IMG/VR virus record: IMGVR_UViG_3300037255_000025
Span: 1-64,000 of that record
Length of the DNA: 64,000 nucleotides
Source: a virus
Lineage: Duplodnaviria; Caudoviricetes
Strand: one strand, 5' to 3'
The position numbers were made by a program, and so were the translations under genes. Below the pieces are notes generated by a model. It searched no databases and was not told where the DNA came from. It saw only the letters and a program-made list of their open reading frames with translations. This document shows positions 54,180 to 63,214 of this stretch, piece by piece; the stretch's first letter is position 1; every line of letters starts with the position of its first letter.

Positions 54180-55505
54180 ATGAGCGCCACCTACCCCACG
54201 CTCGACCTCACCTGGCAGGAGTCGGTCACATCCGTAGCCGCGCAGGGCACCGCCCTGGCATGCTCGCAAGTCCTGCTGCTCACGATCGTCAACGCGCTGC
54301 TCGGGTTTGCGTCCGCGCCCCCGCAGGTGCGCGGGAGTAGCAACTCGGTCTCGGCATCGCTTCTCGCTCAGTCGGCCACCGGACCCGGAACAAATTATTG
54401 GTCGTTGAGCACCAACCTGGTATGGGCCGCGAACGGCACGGCTCATTCGTGGATCGTGCTGAGGCAGGCCGGTTGGGGCAACGGAACGTACCCGGAGGTC
54501 CTCATCTCCTGCGTCAGCGGCTCGTCAACATTGACGGTTCGGGTTTCCCCCTCTGCGGGGTTCGCTGGAGGAAGCGCCACGACGGACCCGACCGCAACGG
54601 ACTCCCAGACGCTAGGTAGCAACGCGAGCTGGGGGGTGACGGGCAGCAACCAGGCCTACGTCGCGTCCGTGTGGCAGGACACAACAGGCAAGTGCACCCG
54701 CATTGGAATCGGCACCGCAACGGCAACGAGCGGGTATATCGCCTGGGAAACCGCCAAGAACCCTGTCTCTGGTTGGACGAACCCGATCGTCTTCGGGATG
54801 ATCGGAACCAACTCAGGGGCCAACCAGCTCACGAGCAACGGCTTCTGGCACAACATTGGGCCGTGGCAAACCGTGGTCAACGGCAGCTTGGTCAGTCTGT
54901 GGTGGACGAGCGAGTCATGTCAACCCTCCGTTACTCTCATCACGACAGGACTCCTAGCGCCAAACGACTTGTCGGGGAGCTATCCCGCGGCGCCAATTGG
55001 CCTGTTCGTGGTTACGGCCGGTTCGGGGGCGTCGAGCGTTGGTCGTGGCCGAATCGGGATGTTCTACGATCTATGGTGGGGGACCAGCTCCGTCACGAAT
55101 GCCTCGCCCTACGCGGGCGCTACGGCCCACCAATACGTCCAGTTCGGCGAGTGCATTTTCCCAAACCCGCTAGGAACCGCGTACCCGGGCGGACCCTCCA
55201 CGGACCTGACGCTCTACGGAACGTACGGGCTCGGTACGAGCAACGGAGGCAAAGGCAGCAACTACGGACAGCTCACCACAAGCTCAAACCCGTTGGGTGC
55301 GGCGAAGCTGTCTGCTGCCGTTACGTATTGGTACCAAATGGTCTGCTGCGACGCGGTTTCGTCCGCCACGGCGTCGTGGCTCGTACAAGGTGCCCCGGAT
55401 CCCACCGCAACGACGGTTGCTGCCCTCGCGGCCATCGCGAACGCGGGCCTCGCGACCCCGGTGCGCTTCGTCCGTATCGCAGCTTCGTGGCCGTCGCCCA
55501 ACTGA
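54180..55505 (+). CDS. Virion protein, paralogue of 53216-54169 with C-terminal extension
   Basis: Same shared motifs as 53216-54169. Confidence 0.65.
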   Translation: MSATYPTLDLTWQESVTSVAAQGTALACSQVLLLTIVNALLGFASAPPQVRGSSNSVSASLLAQSATGPGTNYWSLSTNLVWAANGTAHSWIVLRQAGWGNGTYPEVLISCVSGSSTLTVRVSPSAGFAGGSATTDPTATDSQTLGSNASWGVTGSNQAYVASVWQDTTGKCTRIGIGTATATSGYIAWETAKNPVSGWTNPIVFGMIGTNSGANQLTSNGFWHNIGPWQTVVNGSLVSLWWTSESCQPSVTLITTGLLAPNDLSGSYPAAPIGLFVVTAGSGASSVGRGRIGMFYDLWWGTSSVTNASPYAGATAHQYVQFGECIFPNPLGTAYPGGPSTDLTLYGTYGLGTSNGGKGSNYGQLTTSSNPLGAAKLSAAVTYWYQMVCCDAVSSATASWLVQGAPDPTATTVAALAAIANAGLATPVRFVRIAASWPSPN

Positions 55506-55522
55506 TCGCGTAGCCTCGCCCG

Positions 55523-56626
55523 ATGCCGAGTTTTGGCGTAGGCCCCTGGGGTAACGGAGGTGTAGGTGGCGCCACCACGGCGGCCCTGACGGTGTTCGAC
55601 TACGCGGCAGGCACGACGCAGCTCGCGGTCCCAGACCCCGACGGCTTCGTCGCGCCCTTGAACCTGCGATCGATCTTCAGCGTCGGCACGGCTCAGTTCG
55701 TCCTCGGGAGCGACCTTCCCGGGGAGATGTGGCGTGCGGCCGCGGGGGACTACGTCGAGGTCGCGCAGCTTGCCGACTGGGCGGCGAATGTTCTGCGCGT
55801 TGCGGTACAGGTCCGACCCCCTGTGCCGCTCGCGCCCGGCGTCGTCTGGACCGTGACGTTCACCGTCGACGGCGCCACGTGGGACAGCTTCACCTTCGCG
55901 CCCGGCGACCCGCCGCGCATGCGTCAAAGCATCGCGGTCCGGGGCGCATCCATCGGCGCGACCCCGCACAACGTCGCGGTCCGGCTCACGCTCACGTCGT
56001 CGCCCACGATCGCGGCCGCACAGCCAATCCCGCACCCCTCGGTCGCGTTGCCGCCGATGGTGGTCGCGGCCGGCTCAGTCGGGACCGACATCTCGACCTT
56101 TACGGGGTCAGGCGTTCTACACGTCGCGGCCGTACCGGGCGGCTACCCTACGGCGGGATCGATGTACCTCCCGCGGCTCGACGCGGTCGTGTCGTTCACC
56201 GGTGCGTCGGGCGCCACCGTCACGGGCTGCACGACCCAGGGTGGGGCCTCCGGGGCTCTCGCACTTGCGGACGCCGCGCTGGGCCTCCATGGCACCCAGG
56301 TTACGCTCTCGGTCTCGGGCGCGACCAACCCACCGTCCCCCGCACCGATCGTCCTCACGACCACCACACCGCACGGCCTGCTCTCGGGCGACGCCGTCGC
56401 GATTACGGGCGTCTTGGGCAACACGGCGGCGAACGGCCTGTGGCAGGTCACGGCGATCGACGCGATGCATCTCGCGCTCGTTGGATCGGTTGGAACCGCG
56501 GTCTACACGTCCGGCGGCACCGTCACGAGCCCCCCGAGCGCGCCAGTCCTGTACAGTGCGGGCATGCGGTCTCTGGTGGAGTTGCCGGGCGTCTACGTCG
56601 TCTGTTTTGCGCAGGACAACTCATGA
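55523..56626 (+). CDS. Virion protein with inserted beta domains
   Basis: VAAGSVGTD.STFTGSGVL domain shared with the next gene; FCCH-like domain. Confidence 0.65.
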   Translation: MPSFGVGPWGNGGVGGATTAALTVFDYAAGTTQLAVPDPDGFVAPLNLRSIFSVGTAQFVLGSDLPGEMWRAAAGDYVEVAQLADWAANVLRVAVQVRPPVPLAPGVVWTVTFTVDGATWDSFTFAPGDPPRMRQSIAVRGASIGATPHNVAVRLTLTSSPTIAAAQPIPHPSVALPPMVVAAGSVGTDISTFTGSGVLHVAAVPGGYPTAGSMYLPRLDAVVSFTGASGATVTGCTTQGGASGALALADAALGLHGTQVTLSVSGATNPPSPAPIVLTTTTPHGLLSGDAVAITGVLGNTAANGLWQVTAIDAMHLALVGSVGTAVYTSGGTVTSPPSAPVLYSAGMRSLVELPGVYVVCFAQDNS

Positions 56627-59403
56627 CGACCCGCCTTATTCTGCTCGACCAGGATCCCGAGCCCGACGACGGCGCGGCAGAGCTAACGTACGTCCGGCTT
56701 AGTGCGACCGACGCGGGCTCCAGCGGCGTCGACCCGAACAACGTCGACGTGCGCGTGCTGCGCGCGGTGCCGATCTCCGGTGCGGTCCCGAGCCCCGCGG
56801 GCGACGCCGTCCTGCTGTCGTTCGCGTCGCCCCACGGTCTCGGCCCGTCGACGATCACGACGGTGTCGGTGTCGTCCGCCGCGCTTTCGGCGTCGCCCTC
56901 GACGGTCACGACCAGCACCCCGCACGGCCTCGTAACCGGCCAAGAGGTCTTGATTTCGGGCATCAAAGGCAACACCTCGCTCAACGGCAACTGGTTCGTG
57001 ACCGTCGTCGACACGACCCACTTCACCGTACCGGTCGCGGGCGTCGCGCCCTACACGGGGGGCGGGACCGTCGTGGGCCCGATCGAGCAATCTGCCCAAG
57101 TTCTGGTCGCGGGGATCGTCGGGTTCGGTCTCGCGCTGAACACCGCGTGGACCGCGACGGTCTTGGACCCGTCGACGCTCAGCGTCCCTTTCGCGCCCCC
57201 CGCGGGCGCGGCGTATACCACGGGCGGCAGCGTCACGGTCGCGTCGATGCCGCTCGCGGGCGCGTCCGACACGACGCCCGTCGTGATCACGACCGAGTAC
57301 CCGCACGGCCTCGGCCCGGTCAACACGATCGTCCAAGCGCTCGTGTCCGACGCGGGGGTTTGGACGGGGGCGAACGGGGACTGGGTGGGGGTCGTCACGG
57401 GAACAACGACCGTGTCGCTCGCGGGGTCGGTCCCGGTGAGCCTTCCGCCGCCGCACTCCGGCGCCACCGGTGAGGTCGTGTTCTGTGCGGGGTCCGGCGC
57501 GGCCCTCGCCTACCGCGCAGGATCAATCCAGAGCGGTTGGAGCGGGACCGCCGCGCTCTTGGTCGACGGCAAGACGCTCGCGCTCAATCTCGCGCCAGCG
57601 GTGCCGCTGGTGAGCGCGGCACCGCACTTCGTCCGCGCGATCGTCAACGATGTCGGCGCGGACATCTCGCCGCTCGTGACGCTGTACGGGTTCACGACCC
57701 TCAACGACTTGGCGCCGGCTGTGATGTCGGCGGTCGCGTTGGACCCCGAGACCGTCCAGCTCGCATTCTACGTCCCGGTGTTGCAGGAAAGCGTGACAGG
57801 CTCGAGCGACGCACTCAACCCGGCGAACTACACGGTCGTCCCCACCGCGGGCCTGCCGGCGGTCGCGCCCCCGGTCACGAGCGTCGCGCAGGTCGCGCCC
57901 CCGGGCCAACCCGGATACGCAGCCAACACGGTCCTGCTCTCGCTCGAGTACCCTATGACGCGCGGCGCGACCTACCTCGTGACCGTCACGGCCGTCCAAG
58001 ACCTCGTCGGCAACGTCGCGGCCCCGCCGACCAACACGGCGTCGTTCGTCGGGTGGCAATCGGTCGTACCGGGTCGCGTCTTCTCGGCCTACTCATGGTG
58101 GCCGGTCGTGAACCAGCTCGAGGACACCTCGGGCGACCTACGGAACCTGATCGCGTGCTTCCAGGAGGTCGCGGACACCATCCTGGGCGAGATCGATACG
58201 TTCCTGGACATCCTGGACCCCGACCTCGCGCCGGCCGCGTGGCTTCCGTCAATGCTGGCGGACCAGGGCAACCCGTTCGCGTTTTTGCTCGGTCAACTCT
58301 CCGCCAACGACCAACGCCGCCTGGCCCATGCGCTTGTTTTCGTCTACCAGCTCAAGGGCACCGACACCGGCATCGTCCAAGCGCTCAACTTCTTCCTGGG
58401 CATCGAGGCGACGGTTTCGTACGAGTCGCCGGGCGACCAACCGCTGGGCCTCGGGTGCCTGACGGGTCCGGTATCCACGACGGTCGCGGCCGGGTCCGCG
58501 ACCGTGCCGTTCCCCGCGTTGGTCTCACCCCCGACGACCTTCAGCCTCAACGTCGTCAGCACCAGCGGCTTCGCCGCGCCCACGGGGCAGCTCCGGGTCG
58601 ACGGTCAAGTCGTCACGTACACGGCGGCGCAGCCTTCGATCGCGTACGCCCCTCCGGTGCTCAAGGTCGCGGCCGGCTCGGTCGGAACCGACGTCTCGAC
58701 CTTCACGGGGTCGGGCGTCTTGTCGGTCGCGTCGGTACCCGCGGGTTACCCGGGCGCGGGCACGGTCTACCTCCCGCGGCTTGGCGCGCTCGTCTCATTC
58801 ACGGGAACCTCCGGCGCGACCCTCGCGGGGTGCGCAACGCTCAACGGCGCCTCGGGTGCGCTCGACCTCAACGACATCGTCAACGCCGTGAGCGGGCCCG
58901 ACGTCTCGACCCTCACAGGCGCGGGCGTTCTGCTGACCTCGACGCTACCGCCGAGCTACCCGACCTCGGGTAGCGTCTACCTAAAGCGCCTCGGTGCCAC
59001 CGTGACGTTCACCGGCGCGACCAGCGCGAGCTTGACGGGGTGCGCGGTCGTGGGGGTCGCGGGGGGCGCAATCCTCGCGGGGGACGAGATCGCTGGAACG
59101 GTCTTCGCCAACTGCACCGGCGGGGTCGCGACGCCCGCGCTGGACGACGTCGTCCAGCCCGTCGGTCTGTCGATCCGGCTTGGCGCTGCCCCGTACACGG
59201 CCGAGCTGATGACGTTCTTCGTGGACATCCCGGCGGGCCTGACGGCGCAACAGGTCGCCAACGCAGAGGCGATCATCGGGTACATGCGCCGGGCCGGGAC
59301 GCGGCCAGTCCTGCGGACCCCCGAGCAGGCCGCGCCCGCGGTCCCGATGCTCACGTTGGGCGAGTTCACGATCGGGCCCGGCGGCTCGTGGCAGTTAGTG
59401 TAG
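56623..59403 (+). CDS. Baseplate wedge / tail protein I (P2 gpI-like) with accessory domains
   Basis: ILDPDLAPAAWLPSML..G.PF...YQLKGTDTGI..ALNFFLG; true start ATG 56623, coupled to the previous stop. Confidence 0.8.
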   Translation: MTTRLILLDQDPEPDDGAAELTYVRLSATDAGSSGVDPNNVDVRVLRAVPISGAVPSPAGDAVLLSFASPHGLGPSTITTVSVSSAALSASPSTVTTSTPHGLVTGQEVLISGIKGNTSLNGNWFVTVVDTTHFTVPVAGVAPYTGGGTVVGPIEQSAQVLVAGIVGFGLALNTAWTATVLDPSTLSVPFAPPAGAAYTTGGSVTVASMPLAGASDTTPVVITTEYPHGLGPVNTIVQALVSDAGVWTGANGDWVGVVTGTTTVSLAGSVPVSLPPPHSGATGEVVFCAGSGAALAYRAGSIQSGWSGTAALLVDGKTLALNLAPAVPLVSAAPHFVRAIVNDVGADISPLVTLYGFTTLNDLAPAVMSAVALDPETVQLAFYVPVLQESVTGSSDALNPANYTVVPTAGLPAVAPPVTSVAQVAPPGQPGYAANTVLLSLEYPMTRGATYLVTVTAVQDLVGNVAAPPTNTASFVGWQSVVPGRVFSAYSWWPVVNQLEDTSGDLRNLIACFQEVADTILGEIDTFLDILDPDLAPAAWLPSMLADQGNPFAFLLGQLSANDQRRLAHALVFVYQLKGTDTGIVQALNFFLGIEATVSYESPGDQPLGLGCLTGPVSTTVAAGSATVPFPALVSPPTTFSLNVVSTSGFAAPTGQLRVDGQVVTYTAAQPSIAYAPPVLKVAAGSVGTDVSTFTGSGVLSVASVPAGYPGAGTVYLPRLGALVSFTGTSGATLAGCATLNGASGALDLNDIVNAVSGPDVSTLTGAGVLLTSTLPPSYPTSGSVYLKRLGATVTFTGATSASLTGCAVVGVAGGAILAGDEIAGTVFANCTGGVATPALDDVVQPVGLSIRLGAAPYTAELMTFFVDIPAGLTAQQVANAEAIIGYMRRAGTRPVLRTPEQAAPAVPMLTLGEFTIGPGGSWQLV

Positions 59404-59413
59404 GCTACGCCCC

Positions 59414-61249
59414 ATGGCGAACCGCTGGATCCAGTGGCAAGGGCAGTACGTCGCGGCGTCGGACCTCAACACGTCGGCGGCGGGCCTGGAGGCCGCGGAC
59501 CGAGCGCTCGCCGCCGACCTCGGGTTTTTCGGCATCGTGGTCGGCGGCGCGTGCGCCCAGGCGGTCTCGCCCGCGATGTCGATCGTGCTCGCCGGGCCCA
59601 CGGTCGCGTACGATCAGCTCGGCCAGCGCATCTACGTCGCGGCGAGCCAGACGATCGACCTGTCGGTCGACTACCTCGGACAGTCCACGACGGTCGCGAC
59701 CGTCGGGCACAGCAAGGTCCTCAGCGTCTTTCTCCAGTTCACGCGCAACAACACGCAGGCCGTCGTCGACGGCGAAACGCCGCCGCAGACCGTCTACGTC
59801 AATCAAGCCGAGAGCTACCAGATCCTGGTCTACCAGGGCGCCGAGTCCGCCAGCCCGTCGCGCCCTGCGCTGCTGAGCAACGGCGTCCTGCTTTGCGACG
59901 TCATCATCGCGTACGGTCAGACGCAGGTCCACACCGACGGGACCGCCGCAGGCGGCAGCCCGGTGGGCCACGACGTCTATGAGACCGTGGGCGACACGTA
60001 CAACGCCGCGACCTCGCGGCAGCAGCTCCTGTTCGCCGTGCCGCACCAGAACACCTGGGCTGGTCTCATGGGCAACGGCGCCGGGCTCAACGACATCTTC
60101 ACTTCGATCTCGAACGAGATCGACACGTTCACGGCCGCGGGTGTCGTCAACTACCTCGGGTCCCACTACACCCCGAATGTACAAGGTACGTGGCGCGACG
60201 GAAGCTACCTCGCCCCGCAAAACACGCTCGGCGACGCCATCAGCGACGTCATCGTCATCTTGGGATGGGACACTACGGGGTCGAACACCGACGGCGCGTC
60301 TAAGGTTGGCTCTCAGTTGATCCCGACGCTCACGAGCGGCGTACAGATCAACGCGGGCTCGGTCCACGCGCAGTTGGTCGCGCTCAAGAGCGCCGCCAAC
60401 CTCGACTTCTCGACCACCGCGACGTGGGCCAACGGGTCCATCCTGGTCGACGGAGACCTCCAAGACGTCATCAACTCGCAGATCGTGGGAGCTCTCGCGT
60501 CCACGTCGACCGGGACGTTGTACGTCGGCGGGCCCGCGATCTCCTCCACGACGGGGCTGTCTGCCGTCGCGGCTGGTACGTTGAGTAGTCAGCTCAACGC
60601 ACTCAAGAGCAGCGCTAACATCGATTCCACCGCGTACTCCGCAGGCGGCGCGATCCCGCTGAACAACTCCAGCGTCCAGAGCAACCTGATCGCGCTCGCG
60701 ATCGCCGCCGCCCCGCGCGCGAGCCCGACGTTCACCGGGACCGTGACGGTCCCGGCGCCCACGATCAGCAGCCAAGTCGTCGGCCCCTCGGTTACGGGTA
60801 CGCCGAGCATCACACGCGTTCAGCAAGGCCCTTGGTGCGTGACGAACGCAACGTACGCGAACGGCGGCATTGCCGCCCTCGGACAGGTCACGGCCAACGC
60901 GGGGGACTCTTGGGGACAGCAGCTCGACCTACCGCACGGATGCGCGGTTTCGAGCATCAAGGTCAATCTTGCCTCCTATGGCGGCCCCGGGGCCGCCACG
61001 CAGGCACAGCTCAAGCTCATCCAAATCAGTGCGCTGTCCCAAGCCACGACGATTTTGGGAACCGTCAGCGACAGCTACAACGCCGCGGACCACGACCTCA
61101 CGTTGACGGTCTCGACCACGGTCGACCGATCGCAGTATTTCTACGTTGCGCTGTTTGTGGCTGAGAGCGGCAGCGGCGCAGCGTCGCGCGGAATCGCGGC
61201 GTCACGTGTGACGTTCACGCTGTCCACGATGGACATCGCCGCGGCCTAG
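59414..61249 (+). CDS. Tail fibre protein
   Basis: Follows the gpI-like gene; N-terminal QYV...DLN...LE.ADR, AYDQLGQRI; internal QL.ALKS.AN.D repeats. Confidence 0.7.
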   Translation: MANRWIQWQGQYVAASDLNTSAAGLEAADRALAADLGFFGIVVGGACAQAVSPAMSIVLAGPTVAYDQLGQRIYVAASQTIDLSVDYLGQSTTVATVGHSKVLSVFLQFTRNNTQAVVDGETPPQTVYVNQAESYQILVYQGAESASPSRPALLSNGVLLCDVIIAYGQTQVHTDGTAAGGSPVGHDVYETVGDTYNAATSRQQLLFAVPHQNTWAGLMGNGAGLNDIFTSISNEIDTFTAAGVVNYLGSHYTPNVQGTWRDGSYLAPQNTLGDAISDVIVILGWDTTGSNTDGASKVGSQLIPTLTSGVQINAGSVHAQLVALKSAANLDFSTTATWANGSILVDGDLQDVINSQIVGALASTSTGTLYVGGPAISSTTGLSAVAAGTLSSQLNALKSSANIDSTAYSAGGAIPLNNSSVQSNLIALAIAAAPRASPTFTGTVTVPAPTISSQVVGPSVTGTPSITRVQQGPWCVTNATYANGGIAALGQVTANAGDSWGQQLDLPHGCAVSSIKVNLASYGGPGAATQAQLKLIQISALSQATTILGTVSDSYNAADHDLTLTVSTTVDRSQYFYVALFVAESGSGAASRGIAASRVTFTLSTMDIAAA

Positions 61250-61266
61250 CGCACGGAACACCTAGA

Positions 61267-61689
61267 CTAGACCCAACGACGCCGACGCCGTTGGGCCGCG
61301 CGTATACCCGCCGATACGCCGGAGCCCTTGACCACCTCCGGGGAATCCGGGCCGTACACGACTTCCATGAACGCCTCAGTCCCGCCCGCACTTGAATCGC
61401 CGCCGGCCAAGAGATACGCGGCCTGTAGGCCCCGAAGCGACGCGGCGGGGTCCGGCTGCTTCCGGGCCCACGTGAGCGCGTCCCTCAACCACGGGGCTTC
61501 GTAAGATCCAAGCGACGAGCGAAAGAACCGGATCGTGTCCAGCTCGTACGACAAAACCCAACGCTCGCCGCGCGAGCCCAAAGGCGTAAGCGTCGGCACC
61601 GCGCAATACACGACGAGTACGTGCTCCCCCGGCAGCACGTCCTCGTAACCCGCGGCGACCAACTGGGCCTCGGTCATGTCCGTGATCAC
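61267..61689 (-). CDS. Hypothetical protein
   Basis: GTGA coupling. Confidence 0.5.
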   Translation of the reverse strand: MITDMTEAQLVAAGYEDVLPGEHVLVVYCAVPTLTPLGSRGERWVLSYELDTIRFFRSSLGSYEAPWLRDALTWARKQPDPAASLRGLQAAYLLAGGDSSAGGTEAFMEVVYGPDSPEVVKGSGVSAGIRAAQRRRRRWV

Positions 61690-62147
61690 GGGTCAGGGTC
61701 CTGGGCCAGCCGCAGCACCCCAGGCAGCGCCTCCGCACCCCATACTTCGACCGCGACCCCCATGGGCCTGCCCTTCCGCTGGGCGTACGCGAACGCCACG
61801 ACGTCGCTCCCGTCGTCGACGCCCAGGATGGCGCAGATCGCGTCCCGTACGGTCTTAAGCGCCAGCGGTACCGCGTCATCATCAAGCCGCGACGGCGAGA
61901 CCCGCGTGAGCCGCACGCACCAGGGCCCGGCGGGCGGCATCGCCTGGTCCACGAGCGCAACCGACACGGCCTCGACGGTGGTGTCGCGCGCGTCCTGACG
62001 CCGCCGAACCTTCGCCCACCGCTGGGTCGTCCCGTTGGCCTCGTTGGCCGTCCGAAGTTCAAACGCAACCGAGAACCCCGGCGCCCCCAAAGGCTCCGCC
62101 GGACCCCCGCACCAGACGCGCGGCCAAGCTCCGGCCGGCGTGGTCAA
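61686..62147 (-). CDS. RusA-like Holliday junction resolvase
   Basis: VRLTRVSPSRLDDD...LKTVRDAICAILGVDDG...YAQ...VAVEV. Confidence 0.7.
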   Translation of the reverse strand: MTTPAGAWPRVWCGGPAEPLGAPGFSVAFELRTANEANGTTQRWAKVRRRQDARDTTVEAVSVALVDQAMPPAGPWCVRLTRVSPSRLDDDAVPLALKTVRDAICAILGVDDGSDVVAFAYAQRKGRPMGVAVEVWGAEALPGVLRLAQDPDP

Positions 62148-62455
62148 GATACCGACTCCTGGCAGATCCTCACCAGCGCCTCGGTCGCGCCGTCGAGCGC
62201 GACCCGCCGGCTGTGTGCCGTGCCCTCTTGTGCGTGGTCCGTGCAGAGCGGGTGCCAGACCCGCCACCGCCAGACCCGGCCCGGTCCTGGGCGCCAGACC
62301 CGACCGCCTAGGTCGTACTGGACGCGCGCAAGCAACGTCCAGTAGCGCCGGTCCTCCTCTGGACCGTACTCGACCCAGTCGAGTAGCCGAACCGTCAAGG
62401 TCACGTACGGGTCCACGGTGGCCAACGTCCCTGCCTGGGTGCCGAGCGGGGGCAC
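62144..62455 (-). CDS. Hypothetical protein
   Basis: Operon context. Confidence 0.45.
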   Translation of the reverse strand: MPPLGTQAGTLATVDPYVTLTVRLLDWVEYGPEEDRRYWTLLARVQYDLGGRVWRPGPGRVWRWRVWHPLCTDHAQEGTAHSRRVALDGATEALVRICQESVS

Positions 62456-62456
62456 G

Positions 62457-62696
62457 CTACAGGTCCTCCAGGTCGAAGAGGTCGAGCTGTGCAGCTGTCC
62501 CCCACCGCGCCGGGTCGGCCTCCCGGGCCGCGAGCTTCACCAGCACCAACGCGGTGTCAAGGTTGACCCCGGCGGCACCGCAGACGCGACCCAGCGCCAA
62601 CGCCAGAGCCGCGACGGCAGCCCGCGGCGTCGCTTCCCGTCCAGCCAACACCAAGAGCCCGTCGCTGGCCCGGAGCGCGGTCACGACGGTGCCCAT
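62457..62696 (-). CDS. Hypothetical protein with a C-terminal clamp-binding-like motif
   Basis: Ends AQLDLFDLEDL (QLxLF). Confidence 0.45.
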   Translation of the reverse strand: MGTVVTALRASDGLLVLAGREATPRAAVAALALALGRVCGAAGVNLDTALVLVKLAAREADPARWGTAAQLDLFDLEDL

Positions 62697-62750
62697 GGCG
62701 TAAAGCTGTAGCCCGCAAGGGGCTTCTTGGAAAGGTTGCTCACGATCGAG

Positions 62751-62775
62751 ACCTTACCCCGTGGCGCGCGGGTTC
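62751..62775 (-). promoter_or_regulatory. Conserved ECF-like promoter motif (RusA operon)
   Basis: GAAC-N15-TAAGGT. Confidence 0.7.
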
Positions 62776-62799
62776 ACTCTAGATATTCTCTTCTAACAC

Positions 62800-62827
62800 T
62801 TGCGCTTTGGGGCAGATGTCTTAGAAT
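62800..62827 (+). promoter_or_regulatory. Sigma70-type promoter, leaderless
   Basis: TTGCGC-16-TAGAAT in an AT-rich patch, 7 nt before ATG 62835. Confidence 0.55.
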
Positions 62828-62834
62828 AGCTTCC

Positions 62835-62999
62835 ATGAGCCACCCCAAGACAGACTCCGCGCCCCGGACCAACCCGTGGGTCGGCGCGATCCGCAAGACC
62901 CCCGCGGAGCCCCGGACGCCCGCCCAGAAGCGCGCGGCCGAGCAGATCAAGCTCTGGGGTTTCGACAAGAAGATCGCCGCGAAAGGACCCACTCAATGA
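62835..62999 (+). CDS. Small basic protein
   Basis: First gene of a coupled operon. Confidence 0.5.
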   Translation: MSHPKTDSAPRTNPWVGAIRKTPAEPRTPAQKRAAEQIKLWGFDKKIAAKGPTQ

Positions 63000-63214
63000 T
63001 GACCGCCAAGCAAGAAGCCTTTGACCGCAAGATCGCGCGCGCGGACCGCGAGCACTACCTGAAGCTCGCCCAACTCTCGCTCCAGCGTGCCCGCCACTGG
63101 GTCGTGAACCCAAAGGGTCTCCCGGAGGACGTCAGGTCTCTGTATATCGTCAGCAACATCGTCAGCGCGCTTCAGTACCGAGACCGCGCGCGGTCTTGCG
63201 GGGTAGCGTCGTGA
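62996..63214 (+). CDS. Hypothetical protein
   Basis: ATGA coupling; AAAGGA RBS. Confidence 0.5.
   Translation: MMTAKQEAFDRKIARADREHYLKLAQLSLQRARHWVVNPKGLPEDVRSLYIVSNIVSALQYRDRARSCGVAS

Noticed and set aside
55729-56622. N-terminal extension of the 1224-aa ORF
   Set aside because: Overlaps 55523-56626 in another frame and is Arg/Gly-rich shadow sequence; ATG 56623 is the likely start.
16392-61249. Tailocin / extracellular contractile injection system
   Set aside because: Capsid, scaffold and head-tail connector genes are present, so this is a complete phage-type module.
533-62775. TAAGG motif as merely a Shine-Dalgarno sequence
   Set aside because: Several copies have a separate RBS downstream, variants TAAGAC/TAAGAA pair poorly with 16S rRNA, and a fixed-spaced GAAC lies upstream. 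A dual role cannot be excluded.
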